A stretch of DNA of 64,000 bases, from NCBI RefSeq assembly GCF_021869535.1, contig NW_026262668.1:12276001-12340000 (forward strand). The letters run 5' to 3'. This document shows positions 11,728-25,332 of this stretch, piece after piece. Both the position numbers and the translations under genes were made by a program. The notes beneath the pieces were generated by a model. The model had not been told where the DNA came from. It searched no databases and worked only from the letters and a program-made list of their open reading frames with translations. The stretch comes from Mytilus californianus. Lineage: Eukaryota. How positions within the stretch are numbered: position 1 is the first letter of the stretch; each line of letters starts with the position of its first letter.

Positions 11728-14700
11728 ATGACAGAAATTACAGAAAGCACTAAACTGAACTCAGGTTTGTGTCCTTAACCATAGTGGTAGTATTTGTGTA
11801 AAACTTATATCAAATTCAAATATGTTTTTTTTCAAATGTAATTAATAAATGATGCATTACAAAACACAAAACTTATCTCTGAAATCTATAGTATTAGGAA
11901 ATATCTCTTTTTATCTAGATTATGTCACAAGGTTTAGTGTTGTACATAAATGCAATAAACAGAATAAAATTATCAGGACGAAATCTCGAAAAACTGAAAT
12001 AACACATTGAAAGATAAACACACTGACTGGACATCTATATAGATGTTATTGAATGAATGAGGATGTACCTATATCCAAAGAGCTACTTATGACAACACTA
12101 TTGGTAATTAGAATATTAATGTAACTTTTAAACAAATCGATTGATTTTGACTGATTTATATATTTATGATTCATCGTCCCGAATTCGCCTGAATTATTAG
12201 CTACTGGACGATTAGCAAACAACAATCAATCAAATATATTTAAACGTTGCAATCTACGCGCCGATACTGCAATTTCAAAGCTAGAATAACGAGGCCTAAT
12301 TCAAATCTTGACCTCACGTAATTAAACACAGACTAGATATTAGAGTGAAAACAAAGACCTCTACAGGAGAAACGTCTCTGTTTATGCTCAGCAAGCGTCC
12401 ATCGTTTTTCGATTTCAGTCTTGTGTCTAGTGGTTAAGTGTATTTCACAGAATATGACAAAATTTTGCAAAGAAAATCAATGTTGGAATTTTTATATGAA
12501 GATATCATTCTAATTTCTAAGTGATCATGAAATCCTGGAACTCTCTTTTGTCATCACAAATGTTTGATTTTGCCGATAAATTTGATTTAAGAGACGCTGA
12601 TCATTACTTTGGCTCACATATTGCCATCGGGCCTGTATTTCGCATGACATCAAACGCTAGGTATTAAATTTTATTTTGCAGAATACCTATTTTATCGTGA
12701 TGACTTCCAAGTCACACCAAAGATTAAACAAAGTTTTGACAAACATGGTTACATTTTAGTAAGGTAAATGCTTTATTTACGAATATATATATTTGAACAG
12801 TGGATTATAAACATAAATAATAAGTAAACGAAAAACATAACTACAATTACAATATTCAATATTCAATTCCATTTATTGTTGCATTCCAATGAAATCATCA
12901 CCAAAACAACAGTCGTGAAATACAAAGCTAAATGAATCCTTACATAATGAAGAATAATGTAGGCAGCGATTAGAAAATTAAAGAAAAAAAAACACAAATA
13001 AATCGTTGTTACTATGATGTTATGAGGTAAAGCGGTTGACTATTATATCATTGTAATATATCTTTTCAAATTATTGCTTTGTAGGAGACTACTTGATAAC
13101 GAAGAGGTTGAAAAAGTAAAGAAAGTATTCGAAAATGCAACATCAGAACAGATTCTTGAAGACAATAAAATGAGGGTAATTATAATTTAAGAAATAAATA
13201 GAAGGAACAGTGGTGATATTTTTTGTTCTTTACGTAAGTAATCGATTTTACTTACTATTTTGTTCTTTGAAGTTTTGAATGTTTTGATTTGTTACTGTAC
13301 CACTTATTTCTACTTGATTTGAAAATCTTATCTTAAAAACAGATTTTTGTATGTATCAGGGATAATAATAAAAGATACAATAACATTCAGAATAGTCAAA
13401 GTTTTGCAAAAACTGAAAATTTCCAAAATATTTTTTTTGTTTTCGCCACGATTACTTCTGGGGAAAAACCATAGCATATTGAGAAATATTATTGTTTATC
13501 AGAAATTCCCTTCTGTCTCATTTACCCTACACGTTTTTTCAATATTTGCGTATGCTTCAGAAATCATACCTTTAAGGTATAAGAAACTCAAACCACCAAA
13601 TTTTTTAATCAACTATATGAATTTCTGTGGGAAAATCATCTACGTTTTTGCAGACGTCCATTTTCATGTTATACATTGCAACTACTTTGACGTTAAACAA
13701 TCCTAGCGTTAAATATGTCATCAGCCGCAGTTGTTTGGTGTATTGACGTGTTCTTGATTTCTTAAATTTGAATTGGTCATTAAACTAAAAAGCCATGATC
13801 AATTCTCTATCCTTGAAGATATCCGATGGTCAAGGAAGAGAGGCTAAGTTGATTGTATGGTCACATCCCGGTAATGATGTCAGTGGAATGGTTAGTAGAT
13901 CACAAAAAGTAGCAGGAACATGTGAAAAGGTAAGTTTCAATTATATACTAGTAGTTATTACATCAAAATAATACACTAGCAAGCTGTAAAATATATCCTT
14001 ATAACCATTACCAAAATAACACAATGCTTATATTATTTGATTGTTGAAATTCTTATTTGAGGAACACAGAAAACATGTAATTGTGTCGTAGCAACTGTTT
14101 TAAACAATTACTCGAAGTTAAATCATTAATCTTTTTAATATGAATAAATCCATTTGGTAGATCGATTTTTATAAGAGCGCTGCTCTTGTTTCCTAATCCC
14201 ATTTATGAATTACTTGTACATTTCGTATTTACTTATTCTTGTAGTCATACATAGCGAAACTGAAAATTAACTATAGTTCCACTTTTCAGCTCATGGGAGA
14301 AGAGGTATATCATTATCATGGCAAATTAGTCAGTAAGGAGGCCTACACTGGTGGCTCATTTTTATGGCATCAGGATTACGGGTAATATTATCATGATGAT
14401 AAAACACACTTTAATACAATCGATGTAAGATATAATGCCAAAAATGTTAGGTTTTTTTTCACTAGAGGTGAACGACTTTATCTCGCTACTAAACATCCAA
14501 TCATGAGCTCATAAAAGTAAAACATTTGCAAGTTAGTCCAATCATTAATAGATCATACCAAGAAATCAAACACAATTAAGCCGTCACAGTGTTGAATCTG
14601 AAGACACCTATTTACTAGTATAATTTTATACGATATGCATGAACTGCAGTACACATTGTATTTTCTGAATGGCAAACAATCAGAATATAAACCATTCCCT

Positions 14701-17700
14701 TCTGCACACGCTAAAAGAACGTGTAATTTTTTCCAGATATTGGTATAAGAATGGCTGCTTGCTACCTAATATGATGACAGTTTTTATTGCTCTTGATAAA
14801 TGTACGAAAGAAAATGGTTGTCTTCAGGTAAACATACCCTGATGATTTTTGTTTCATATGCACCATACATTTAAAAGAAGCTTGAGGAATAGTAAAAGGA
14901 AGACAATAGTAATTCATTCACAGCTGTTTTTTTCTATAAAGAAGATATACTGTTTGTCTCCGATACGCTATTTATAACTTGTTTATGACCTCAAATCAAT
15001 AATACCATTACTCAATTTCAGTATACTTTATCGTTATATTCATTTATCATCGATATTAGCATCAATTTAAACAGGTTATAGAATTTTTCTATTTTTGGAA
15101 TTTCAGAAGGCACATTATGGTTATTATCATATGTCCTCGTTATCAAAATAAAAAAAGAAACTGCTGTTCAGTTAAGATAGTAATTTTCGACAAACTATTT
15201 ATCTCTCTTAATTATGAAAATGTTGAGCTAAAATGTACATAGGCGCTGGTTATAACGTATTCTAACTCTAAGCTAACTATTAGAAATAGCCAACTCCAAA
15301 TATAATGTTTTATATATGTCATTTAAAGCTAAGTAAAGCTACTTCGTTGGTCTTTTCTCGGAGTTCATCTCCAGACTAAAACGATTTATAAAAACCAACC
15401 AGTTTTATTTATACAGGTATGGTTTGTTGTTTTACTTATTTTGAAGATTTCGGAGTGCATATTTCCAATTCAACAATCTTCAATTCAGTTCTAGCTGATA
15501 TTGTGAATATCATATGTATACCTACATTTCATCTCCTAGAAATATTTCATACGCATACTCTTCATAATGTAAATAATTAAATGCTTCGTTGTTTTTGTCA
15601 CAGTGAACCTCTATGTTGTTTTGATTTTTATTCTTTAGTGTCTTTACAAATTGTGCAATCTTCTGAAAGTTAAGAAGCAGACGCCATCGTTTGTGAAATG
15701 TTCTCTTCCATCCAAATAAAAAGCTTTACATTGAATATCATTCCAAGAACAAAACAATATGAAAGTGAAAGTTGTAACGTTATTTTATTCTAATGATTTT
15801 TACATTTTGCTTAATTGGTAGATATTGGAAGGTTCGCACACATGTGGTAGACTCGATCATGAATTGATCCATGGACAACAAAGGATACCAGACACTGGAA
15901 GAGTTGATCAGATAAAAGAACGTTGTCAACTGATATGGTGTGAAATGAATCCAGGTTTGATTACTCAATATCAATGTCTATCTGTTATTTCAAAGTCTAA
16001 CGACAAATATGGTAGCCACATATAGAGGTTTTAACATATTGAAAGAAGACACTAAGGAGAAATTCAAAATTAAGGACCGACGACGCAATGACCGAAGCAA
16101 AAACTGATAGACCGGTACTCGATAAAACACATAAAACTAAAGATTGACAAACAGGCATCCCAAAAAATTCAAGGTTGAACTCTGGGTGCCTCGAAAACAT
16201 GTCATAGTTTTAAAACTTACACCCAACCCGTAGTCTTCTTCATAGCAAGTTGCTTAAACCAATTGTTACATTGGATTAGTAATCAGTCATACCAATAAAA
16301 GTCATAATGATGGCAAAGAGATGTTGGTTATTATTCAATGAACCAATTACCTATCAACACAAATAAAAAAAAATGGAGAATGTGTCCATGGTACACAGAT
16401 GATGTCCCCGCTTGCATATAACGTTATAAAGGGGCATAACTCCTGTACGGTAAAAGTGATGCCACTCAAATTCGAACTTGATCTGAGTTTTGTGATAATA
16501 AGCATTGCGTATAAGTTTCATTTACATTTGGTTGAGGCAAACTAAAGTTAGAGAACGGAAACCAATTTCGGAACGTACGTACGGACAGACAAGGGTAAAC
16601 CTTAATGCCCTCTCCGTCACGGCGGGGTATACAAATATACCCATGTGTTACAATTAAATAATTAAGAAACGCCAATATTTCAGTTTATTTAAAAAATTCA
16701 ATGTATAAGATTTACTACATAGACTGTTTTTTTAAATAGGTGATGCTTTATTCTTTCACTCAAATATGATGCATACAAGTGGTCAGAACAGTAGTCCAAA
16801 CAGAAGATGGGCTTTCTTGACGGCTTTCAACACAAAATCAAACAATCCAACCAAGGAGCATCATCATCCATGCTATACACCACTGACCAAGGTAGTGCAA
16901 GTCGGTCTACATTTAAGCGCAAAGTGAAAACATGAATAGAAGGCAATTTGGGATAATTGTGCTATAGATCAATGAGACAACACACAATGAAACTAAAGAA
17001 GACAACCAAGGTTGAAAAGAAGGTCTTTAGATTGATTGATTGATTCATTTATGTTTAACGCCACTTTCAGCAATATTGTGCTATTTCGTGGCGGTCAGTC
17101 TTTATTGGTGGAGGAAGCCGGAGTGCCAGGAGAGAACCACCGACCTTCGGTAGTAAAACTGACAATCCTAGTAAATTAAGATTGGAGTCGAGCGCACCTT
17201 CCTGCGGGATTAAAACTTACAACCACAGCGTTGACATGCTAGTGATACAGTAGTTCGACTACTTAGACCACTCGGACACCGAGGATCTGAAGGTTTTTAG
17301 CAATAGAAAGGTATCTACTAGTCTATCATATGTCTGATAGAGAATACCTACAATTGACATCAACCATACAAAAAGGACAAAACAGTAGTACTAGACAGGA
17401 ATGTATAAACAAACTCGTTTATATGAGACCATGTAATCAATTTTGTTTAGTACTCAACCCCTCTTTTTCATTTTTCACCAGTTTAAGGCTAAAAATTACA
17501 ACCAAAAAATAATAACAATATCAACTGCTGTACTTCAAATTGTTTCTGTGTACAGTCCAATTTGAAGTATATTATTTGACACGAACAAAATAGAGAAAGA
17601 CACGATCTTATGCAATGCCCAAAGTACATGCACATAAACCAATAGCGAAAAGACAATTAATTGTTATGACAGTTGTTTTCTATTCGAGTGGTGTTTTTGA

Positions 17701-20135
17701 GCTTTTGATTTTACCATTTGATAAAGGATTTTCCGTTTTGATTTTTCCTTGGAGTTCGTTTTTTTTTGTTTTTTTACTTATTTGATCATTCCAATGGTGT
17801 TTCAAAATAAAAAAAAATCGAAAATAAGCTTCAAAATTCTGTTATCAATTGATTTTACAACATTAGTAAAAACGTAGATTTTAAAGGGGCATTAGCTCCG
17901 AGATATGAAAAAAATTAAAATATGATTTGTTTTGGTTCAATCGTTAACGAAAGTGAAATAGTGAAATAATAATTCGCTTTTAGCAGCCAGTTTAGTTCAA
18001 TTATGTCAAAATAGGCTAAGAAACATCACTGATGAATTATTCACTTGCAATTGAATAATTCGACCTCACTAAATCCGTATTCATGTAACCTTCAATTTAA
18101 TCCCTTAGCTAGAGATGGGTTGCACATAAACTAGGCGTGTCAGCTATTAAAAGGAAAAAAATGTTAACATTGAAAGTGAAACAAGGTAAACCATTTGGTT
18201 GACTCATTCGATCCACAAAAACTCATTCTTATACAGGTAAAAACGATGATTAACATACTTTCAAAACCTATAATATGAAATCAAACAGACCTAGAAAAAT
18301 CCAATTGCACGTGTTCGCTATCTATTAATATCTATATTTATGTTTATATCGGGTTATTTGACCTTCGGCAGTCTTCGGATGTCACCTCGGTGGTTAATTA
18401 GATGGCGTATAGGCTAAAATACACACGAAATGCTGACACATGTTATCGAGTCTATGAATCGTAAATTGTTTATTTTAAACTTTTTATAATTTGAATATAC
18501 GTTTTAGTATGTTATAAATCAAATATGAGAATTTGCTTCAAGTTGGTGAACATGAATTCGACAGCTAATGCCCCTTTAAGGTTAATTCTAATACTTGTTT
18601 GCATTTCAAACAATAATATCCTCATGAGATATTAGATAAAACCACCCTATTTATTATATTCCTCTAAGTAGAGTCATACTTGACTCTCACAATAAATGCT
18701 AATAATTTTGGTAAAAATAAGTTTTTTTCATACCAATTATGATGTCTGGATTCCTGCATGATGTAAAAAAGGGGCAAAAATGCTACACCAAATGGACATC
18801 CAAAAACATATGTCGAAGAAAAACAAAGTCCTATGCAGAAAACTAAAGAACGCATAATTATTCCACTAAAACTGGCATTGAACTCGGAAATTGTTTGATG
18901 TTGTGGGGATTGCTCAACCTTTAGATTTCGTGGTTTTTCTTTTTTCTTTTTTGTGGAAGGGGTTGTTATCCATTTTTTGATGTGTTTGAGCTTTTGATTT
19001 TGCCATTTGATTAGGGACTTTCCTTTTTGAATTTTCCTCGGAGTTCAGTAATTTTGTGACTTTACTTTTTTCTAATGAATTATTGGATATCAAATTTCCT
19101 AACAAAAGTTTTTTTTGTTTCATGTGTAACGAAGTGAAGAATTTAAATTGTCTCTGTTACAAAATAGTAAAAAAAATAAAAAAATAAAAAAGCCCATTAC
19201 AATCTGAATGTTGATTCTTTTTCACAGAGATATAATTTATTGGAAAATTTCTTTTTGCCGTTTTGAAAGGAAACTTTATATCATATTTTTCTTACTGTCA
19301 CGAGAAAATGAAACAAGAGTAGAATGGAATAAAATGGACCATGCTTACCTTTGCGCAAACATTAAGGAATAATATTTTCCTAATTACTATGCAACTATTA
19401 TATTTTCGTGGGATACCGACCTTCGTAGATTTTGCAGTGTGCGCCAACTAGAAAATTACGTAAAGGTTTGATGTTTATATTGCGGAAAGTAAAAGCTACT
19501 GAATTGGCAATAATAGAATCTTTCACAAACTTCAAAAATTGATACCAAAAGAAAATTATCGTCTTATTCAACAAAAGGTATATGTATATGTCATATATAT
19601 GGTTTCAATTTACAGGTTGCAAACATTCCTGAAAAATCGTATATTTCTTACAAATCAAATGGACATACACACATTTATGTGGATAGGAAAAAGTACATAT
19701 TACAATTTTGCAATAAGAGACTACAATAATATTTCTTTATTTCAAATATTAAATATAAGTATTGGGTCATCAATCTTTTTTTGGGCGCATATCAAAGTTA
19801 GGACATTTCCCGTTCAACCAAAAATTAAATTAAATGATTTGGGTTATCACCTTCATAATGAATGTATCTTTGTGTACGTTATCCGAAACACGTATTTCCA
19901 ATCGAATTTCTTATATCAATGACTTGATTTACATCAATAAAATTTCTTTATCACATCGTACTTGCATAAATGAAAATCTACACAAATCTACCTACAGGTT
20001 CCAGACGCTGCTATCAAACAATGTGAGAACTACACTCTTGATCTTTCTCAGATGGGTTTTTTACATCCAAGTAAATCACAAACTATTCGTCCGAATCTAT
20101 CCAAAGAGCAACAAGAAGCAGCCACCAGAAGTTAA
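11728..20135 (+). CDS. PhyH-family Fe(II)/2OG dioxygenase, copy A (L-proline trans-4-hydroxylase/EctD-like), 308 aa, 9 coding exons
   Basis: Exons 11728-11764, 12682-12763, 13085-13175, 13819-13929, 14290-14381, 14737-14827, 15822-15954, 16740-16891, 19998-20135. All introns GT-AG with compatible phases; total 927 nt. Motifs [26 protein letters not shown] (HxD), [24 protein letters not shown] (distal His), RRWA (2OG-binding Arg). A probable 5'UTR intron lies at 11634-11709. Confidence 0.93.
16362..16635. mobile_element. Short HINE/pearl-like non-autonomous element in intron 7 of copy A
   Basis: agaatgtgtcc...gatgtcccc at one end; cggaacgtacgtacggacagac microsatellite remnant and terminal atgccc...ggggtat hairpin at the other. 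Confidence 0.55.
17031..17288 (-). mobile_element. tRNA-derived SINE (V-domain-like core)
   Basis: Reverse complement of the 36598-36858 family; (ATTG)n tail at 17031-17045; near-perfect TSD gaaggtctttag (17019-17030) / gaaggtttttag (17289-17300). Confidence 0.8.
17885..18575. mobile_element. Non-autonomous Kolobok-like DNA transposon in intron 8 of copy A
   Basis: Perfect 13-bp TIR AGGGGCATTAGCT / AGCTAATGCCCCT with TTAA at 17881-17884 and 18576-18579. Confidence 0.85.
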
Positions 20136-20289
20136 CATTTTCAGACTAAACTTTTATATCAAGTCAGTTTTAAAAGAAGTATTTAAAAAAAAATAATACT
20201 TTAAATTACAAATATATGATATTGATATACTGTGTTATTCTATCAACATTTATTTGAGTGCTTGAATCTCATTATCTATTTGAATATGA

Positions 20290-20450
20290 AATCAAGTATA
20301 TCATCGAACAAATAAGGTGTTATTCATATCTTGATCTTTTCCGTGATATTGACATAGATGGACGATTTCAAACTAGAATCTATAACAAACGTGATGATTT
20401 CAACCTTCTAATTTTCAAAATCCCATTTCTCATTAGACATTTTCGAAAAC
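20290..20450 (+). mobile_element. Highly decayed Naiad-like RT fragment
   Basis: SYLDL..DIDIDGRFQTRIYNKRDDFN in ORF 20258-20482. Confidence 0.6.
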
Positions 20451-22024
20451 TTATCGACACTGACGCTTACACCTATGCCTAGGACTACAGGTAACCTTTT
20501 TAGGTGGGGGTCATCTCAAGGTGTATAATGAGCACAGGCATTTATAAAAAAATATATATATAATTTACACTTTAAATACTGTATAAAAAAATATTTTCAA
20601 TGATTTGTTGATTTATTGGGTCTGCTTAGAAGCTGAGAACTGACCGATCTTCATATTATATTTTTAAAAAAAGGGGGAAGGCTTTGTGTAAATTAGTAGA
20701 ATTTTCCACAGAAAGTCAGGATTCTTTTCGTCAAAATCATCTCTCAATAACGCCGATTAATTTTTTCAATCGTGAAAATGGAAGCCATTGTAGGGATGAC
20801 CCGCGCTGTCAACTTAGCTCTTGAAAACCGATAAATTAATCCACGTGGCATAATTACGATCCTTACATGACAGTTCTGTTTTAAAAAACAAATGGATCTA
20901 CTAGCTATAAAGCATCTCATGTACTTTTAGGCCTTTTGTCAACTAAAATCTATTGTCTGGTTGGTTGTCAGGGGGAAATTTTGAAAGTTAATAAAAAAAC
21001 ATTAAAAAAAATTTATTTAAGTATTATGTGGAAGGGCAGACTAAACATTTGCAGAGGTTGAAGAATAATTAACCAAGATTACACACACAAAAATGTTTTT
21101 TTTTCTCAGTTATGCATTTTTAAGATCCACTTATAAAGTCATGGACTTTTTGTATAAATCCAAGAAGGAGTTAGTGAACAACATTTGTCCCACTTTTTTT
21201 TATACATTTCATAAATAAAATAATTAATATGCCTAAATTTTTCACAAAAAAATGAGTGAACGAAAGTAAAACAAAATACAACTAAGAAATACACTTCCAG
21301 TTTAAACATTTGACAGGTATCTCACTTGACCCATATATTTCCTGTTTTGGTACTGTGAATGTGTGACGTTATTATATCAAAATGTAGCCTAAATATATAA
21401 ACAAATAATGGATCTGAAGCGAGACTGATGTATCAATATTTTTGCTTTATACGTATTCAGGACAAAACAGTAAACTCAAACACGCTTGATCGTATTAAGG
21501 TGTATCCGATTTTCTCTTTTGATAAGATGAATACCGATTTTGGTTATTTTACCCCAAAAACTACATGAAATGTAATTTACTGCTTGAAAAAGATCAATCA
21601 GTATAATTCGACAATTAGAAGAAAACAGTTGGAATATCACAAATCATCATTAAAAGAATTCCAAAACTGATGAGAGCACTTTGTGTTTCTAGCTCAGATT
21701 TTGAATTAAAAATTATAGAAAACCAACTAACGAATAATTATAGAAAACCAACTAACGAATAATGAATTATATCTTTTTCTACCTCTGCTGAGTCAAACAA
21801 AGTTTTACGAGAGGGAGTTTTTTTCTATCCATCCTATTTGCAGGGTCGCTATATCAAAAATATATGCGTTTATTTTTAATTATAATTTACCTCCTTAATA
21901 TAGTTATAAATGTTAAATTAAATTCATTTAGTGTATTTTGACATTTTGATACGGTCATTCTATTTTTTTAGTCAGTGTAGGTATCGGTGTCGGTATAAGT
22001 GTCCGTGTAGATGACTTTTCGAAA

Positions 22025-22265
22025 ATGTCTATTAGTAACATGCCATCTGCTCCATCGTATAGCGCATACATATATCAATTGATACGTTACACTTGCACAT
22101 TTTCACACTGTACGGACTTCATTTACAGGGTTTTGCTCGCAAAAAAGTCGTCCAACAGTGTAATGCGACTGAATTCGACAATACAAAAGTTTTATGGTCA
22201 CTATCACAAATTTGTAGACCGATACGATATGTTTGTGTATCATATCAACTCGCTAGCGACATGAT
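22025..22265 (+). mobile_element. Decayed Naiad-like RT thumb fragment
   Basis: SNMPSAPSYSAYIYQLIRY...QKFYGHYHKFVDRY resembles the thumb region at 50160-50370. Confidence 0.65.
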
Positions 22266-22408
22266 TTTGTAATCTTAGATGTACCAGAATACTTGTCCAA
22301 TCCGATTTCGACAATTTAGATGAATGTGGTGGATTCGCATGGCGGGTGATGGATGTATATGGGTCCTCGATGCTCTTCAACTTCGCACTTTTAACTTTTT
22401 TGATTCGA

Positions 22409-22452
22409 GCGTCACTGATAAGACTTTTGAAGACGAAACGCGCGTCTGTCGT
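22409..22452 (+). ncRNA. Degenerate type I hammerhead ribozyme (family 2)
   Basis: gcgtca CTGATAA gac ttttgaa gac GAAA cgcgcg TC tgtcgt; core G8 is changed to A and stem II is mismatched. Confidence 0.6.
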
Positions 22453-22964
22453 ACAAAATTATCAGCCAGGTACTTTGATGTTTTTTTTAATTCACAACGG
22501 GAGACGCTTACCCTTTCGACGTACCCCGTCTCACTAGTAAAACCTGGTGTGTTACTTCTGTTAAAATAGGCATCGCACAATAGTGGACTGGTAAATGACT
22601 CTGTTCTAACCTTAAGACATAATCAAATTCATAAGCCATGTAGATTATCTAACCCTGAAACTTGCATTCATAGTCCTAATGATGGCCGTTCATATGTTTG
22701 TGAAATGGCTGTTCTGACTCACCAACATACTGTCTGCCGTATTTACACTGTAGAAGATACACAGCATTTGTAGTGTTGCAATTAACATCACATTTGATGT
22801 GGCGGCATGGTTAGTAACATTATCATCCTTTACGACTAACAAAATAGCTGATCTGAAAGGTACACTATTTACTTGCCACTATACATTATGTACTGTGTTA
22901 TAACCCTAAATTAATTCGACGAGAAGAGGCATTACTCGACCAGCGAAAGCTACATTTTTATATA

Positions 22965-23135
22965 GCCTAGGTGGTCGAGTGGTCTAGGGCGCTGGACACG
23001 GTGCAGGCGCTGTTGCCACGATGGCATAGACGCAAGGGTTCGAATCCCTCTGAGAGAAGAACAAAAATTTGCTAACGCAAATTTGAAGATCTAACATTGG
23101 AGGACTAAATTTGAAACGAAATATATATATATAAT
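22965..23135 (+). mobile_element. tRNA-derived SINE, second family
   Basis: Box A TGGTCGAGTGG 22972-22982, box B GGTTCGAATCC 23037-23047, ends in (TA)n. Confidence 0.65.
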
Positions 23136-23671
23136 GGTGAAAGCCCTGTATAACCCCGTGTAATCCGATGGAGAATGTCTGTTATATATCTTTGCAGCTT
23201 TGTTTGCGGTAAACCATCTTTGCCGCAAGTTTATTGTTTTCTGTTTGGTATTAAATTTATAGTTAAGATCCATTTATTACACTTTGTGATCCGTTTATTT
23301 GGCAATCGCCAATGGCAGTCAGCAGGATTTAAGAACATTTATTGTTCGACCTGTTAGTCAAATGCGTTTTGTTAAAATATACTTTTTTACTTTTTTAGTC
23401 TTTTGGAAAATGTTGTTTGTGCTGTATTTAGACCCCTCTAACAAGAAATCTGTTTGCATGCACACGTATAAAAATTGCGGTTTTTATCCAACGCAATCAT
23501 AGGTTTGAACGTTTTTTTCAATTTATACTTGTTTGTATTTTTTCTTTTGGGCTTGTATTATATTTGCCTTCGGGTTTATATGATCCGTTCATCATATTTT
23601 GACTCCTCAAGATTCAAGATTCCTAAATTGAGGTAAATGATGTGGCCTTCCAATAACCGTTTCGATTCCTA

Positions 23672-23715
23672 ACATCAATGAAGAGACATTAATTGTCGAA
23701 ATCCGGATATGGTGT
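23672..23715 (+). ncRNA. Type I hammerhead, family 1, core variant (C3 to A)
   Basis: acatca ATGAAGA gac attaatt gtc GAAA tccgga TA tggtgt. Confidence 0.75.
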
Positions 23716-24212
23716 ACAAAAAATCTTTGCACCTTTGTTTGCGGTATACCATCTTTGCCGCAAGTTTATTGTTTTCTGTTTGGTTTTAAATTTATAGTTA
23801 AGGTCCATTTATTACACCTTGTGATCCGTTTATTTGGCAATCGCCAATGGCAGTCAGCAGGATTTAAAAACATTTGTTGTTCGACCTGTAAGTCAAATGC
23901 GTTTTGTTAAAATATACCTTTTCACTTTTTTGGTCTTTTGGAAAATGTTGTTTGTGCTATATTTTGACCCCTCTAACAAGAAATTTGTTTCGCATGCACA
24001 TGTATAAAAATTGCGGTTTTTATCCAACGCAATCATAGGTTTGAACGTTGTTTTCAATTTAGACTTTTTTTATATTTTTTCGTTTGGGCTTGTATTATAT
24101 TTGCCTTCAGGTTTATATGATCCGTTGATCCTATTTTGACTCCTCAAGATTCAAGAGTCTATCCTAAATTGAGGTAAATGATGTGACCTTCCAATAACCG
24201 TTTCGATTCCTA

Positions 24213-24256
24213 ACATCACTGAAGAGACATTAATTGTCGAAATCCGGATATGGTGT
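24213..24256 (+). ncRNA. Type I hammerhead ribozyme, family 1, intact
   Basis: Helix I acatca/tggtgt; CTGAAGA; stem II gac-attaatt-gtc; GAAA; stem III t-ccgg-a; AUA cleavage triplet. Confidence 0.88.
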
Positions 24257-24750
24257 ACAAAAAATCTTTGCACTTTTGTTTGCGGTATATCATCTTTGCC
24301 GCAAAATTATTGTTTTCTGTTTGGTATTAAATTAATAGTTAAGATCCATTTATTACACCTTGTGATCCGTTTATTTGGCAATCGCCAATGGCAGTCAGCA
24401 GGATTTAAGAACATTTGTTGTTCGACCTGTTAGTCAAATGCGTTTTGTTAAAGTATACTTTTTCACTTTTTTGGTCGTTTGGAAAATGTTGTTTGTGCTG
24501 TATTTAGACCCCTTTTACAAGAAATTTGTTTCGCATGTACACATACAAATTGCGGTTTTTATCCAACGCAATCATAGGTTTGAACGTTGTTTTCAATTTA
24601 GACTTGTTTATATTGTTTTGTTTGGGCTTGTATTGTATTTGCCTTCAGGTTTATATGATCCGTTCATCCTATTTTGACTCCTCAAAATTCAAGAGTATAT
24701 TCTTAATTGAGGTAAATGATGTGGCCTTCCAATAACCGTTTCGATTCCTA

Positions 24751-24794
24751 ACATCACTGAAGAGACATTAATTGTCGATATCCGGATATGGTGT
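24751..24794 (+). ncRNA. Type I hammerhead, family 1, GAAA changed to GATA
   Basis: acatca CTGAAGA gac attaatt gtc GATA tccgga TA tggtgt. Confidence 0.75.
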
Positions 24795-25288
24795 ACAAAA
24801 AATCTTTGCACCTTTGTTTGCGGTATACCATCTTTGCCGCAAGTTTATTGTTTTCTGTTTGGTATTAAATTTATAGTTAAGATCCATTTATTACAACTTG
24901 TGATCCGTTTATTTGGCAATCGCCAATGGCAGTCAGCAGGATTTAAGAACATTTGTTGTTCGACCTGTTAGTCAAATGCGTTTTGTTAAAATATACTTTT
25001 TTACTTTTTTAGTCTTTTGGAAAATGTTGTTTGTGCTGTATTTAGACCCCTTTTACAAGAAATTTGTTTCGCATGTACACATACAAATTGCGGTTTTTAT
25101 CCAACGCAATCATAGGTTTGAACGTTGTTTTCAATTTAGACTTGTTTATATTTTTTTGTTTGGGCTTGTATTATATTTGCCTTCAGGTTTATATGATCCG
25201 TTCATCCTATTTTGACTCCTCAAAATTCAAGAGTATATTCTTAATTGAGGTAAATGATGTGGCCTTCCAATAACCGTTTCGATTCCTA

Positions 25289-25332
25289 ACATCACTGAAG
25301 AGACATTAATTGTCGATATCCGGATATGGTGT
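25289..25332 (+). ncRNA. Type I hammerhead, family 1, GAAA changed to GATA
   Basis: Identical to the 24751 copy. Confidence 0.75.

Noticed and set aside
14359-14400. Calling the dioxygenases ectoine hydroxylase (ectD)
   Set aside because: The EctD signature FxWHSDFETWHxEDG is not matched (WHQDYGYWYKNG here), so only a family-level call is given.
18022-18050. acatcaCTGATGA inside the Kolobok-like MITE
   Set aside because: No downstream stem II, GAAA or complementary helix I strand.
21713-21763. 25-nt tandem duplication (similar short duplications near 330-350 and 61592-61636)
   Set aside because: Ordinary slippage events with no functional cue.
22965-23200. SINE Pol III promoter driving the adjacent retrozyme array
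   Set aside because: T4+ tracts early in the first unit would terminate Pol III; adjacency at (TA)n is a simpler explanation.
24375-25215. Repeated 100-aa hydrophobic ORF (MAIANGSQQ...) in the array units
   Set aside because: TTG start, frame broken in other units, no recognisable domain; the hydrophobicity follows from T-rich sequence.
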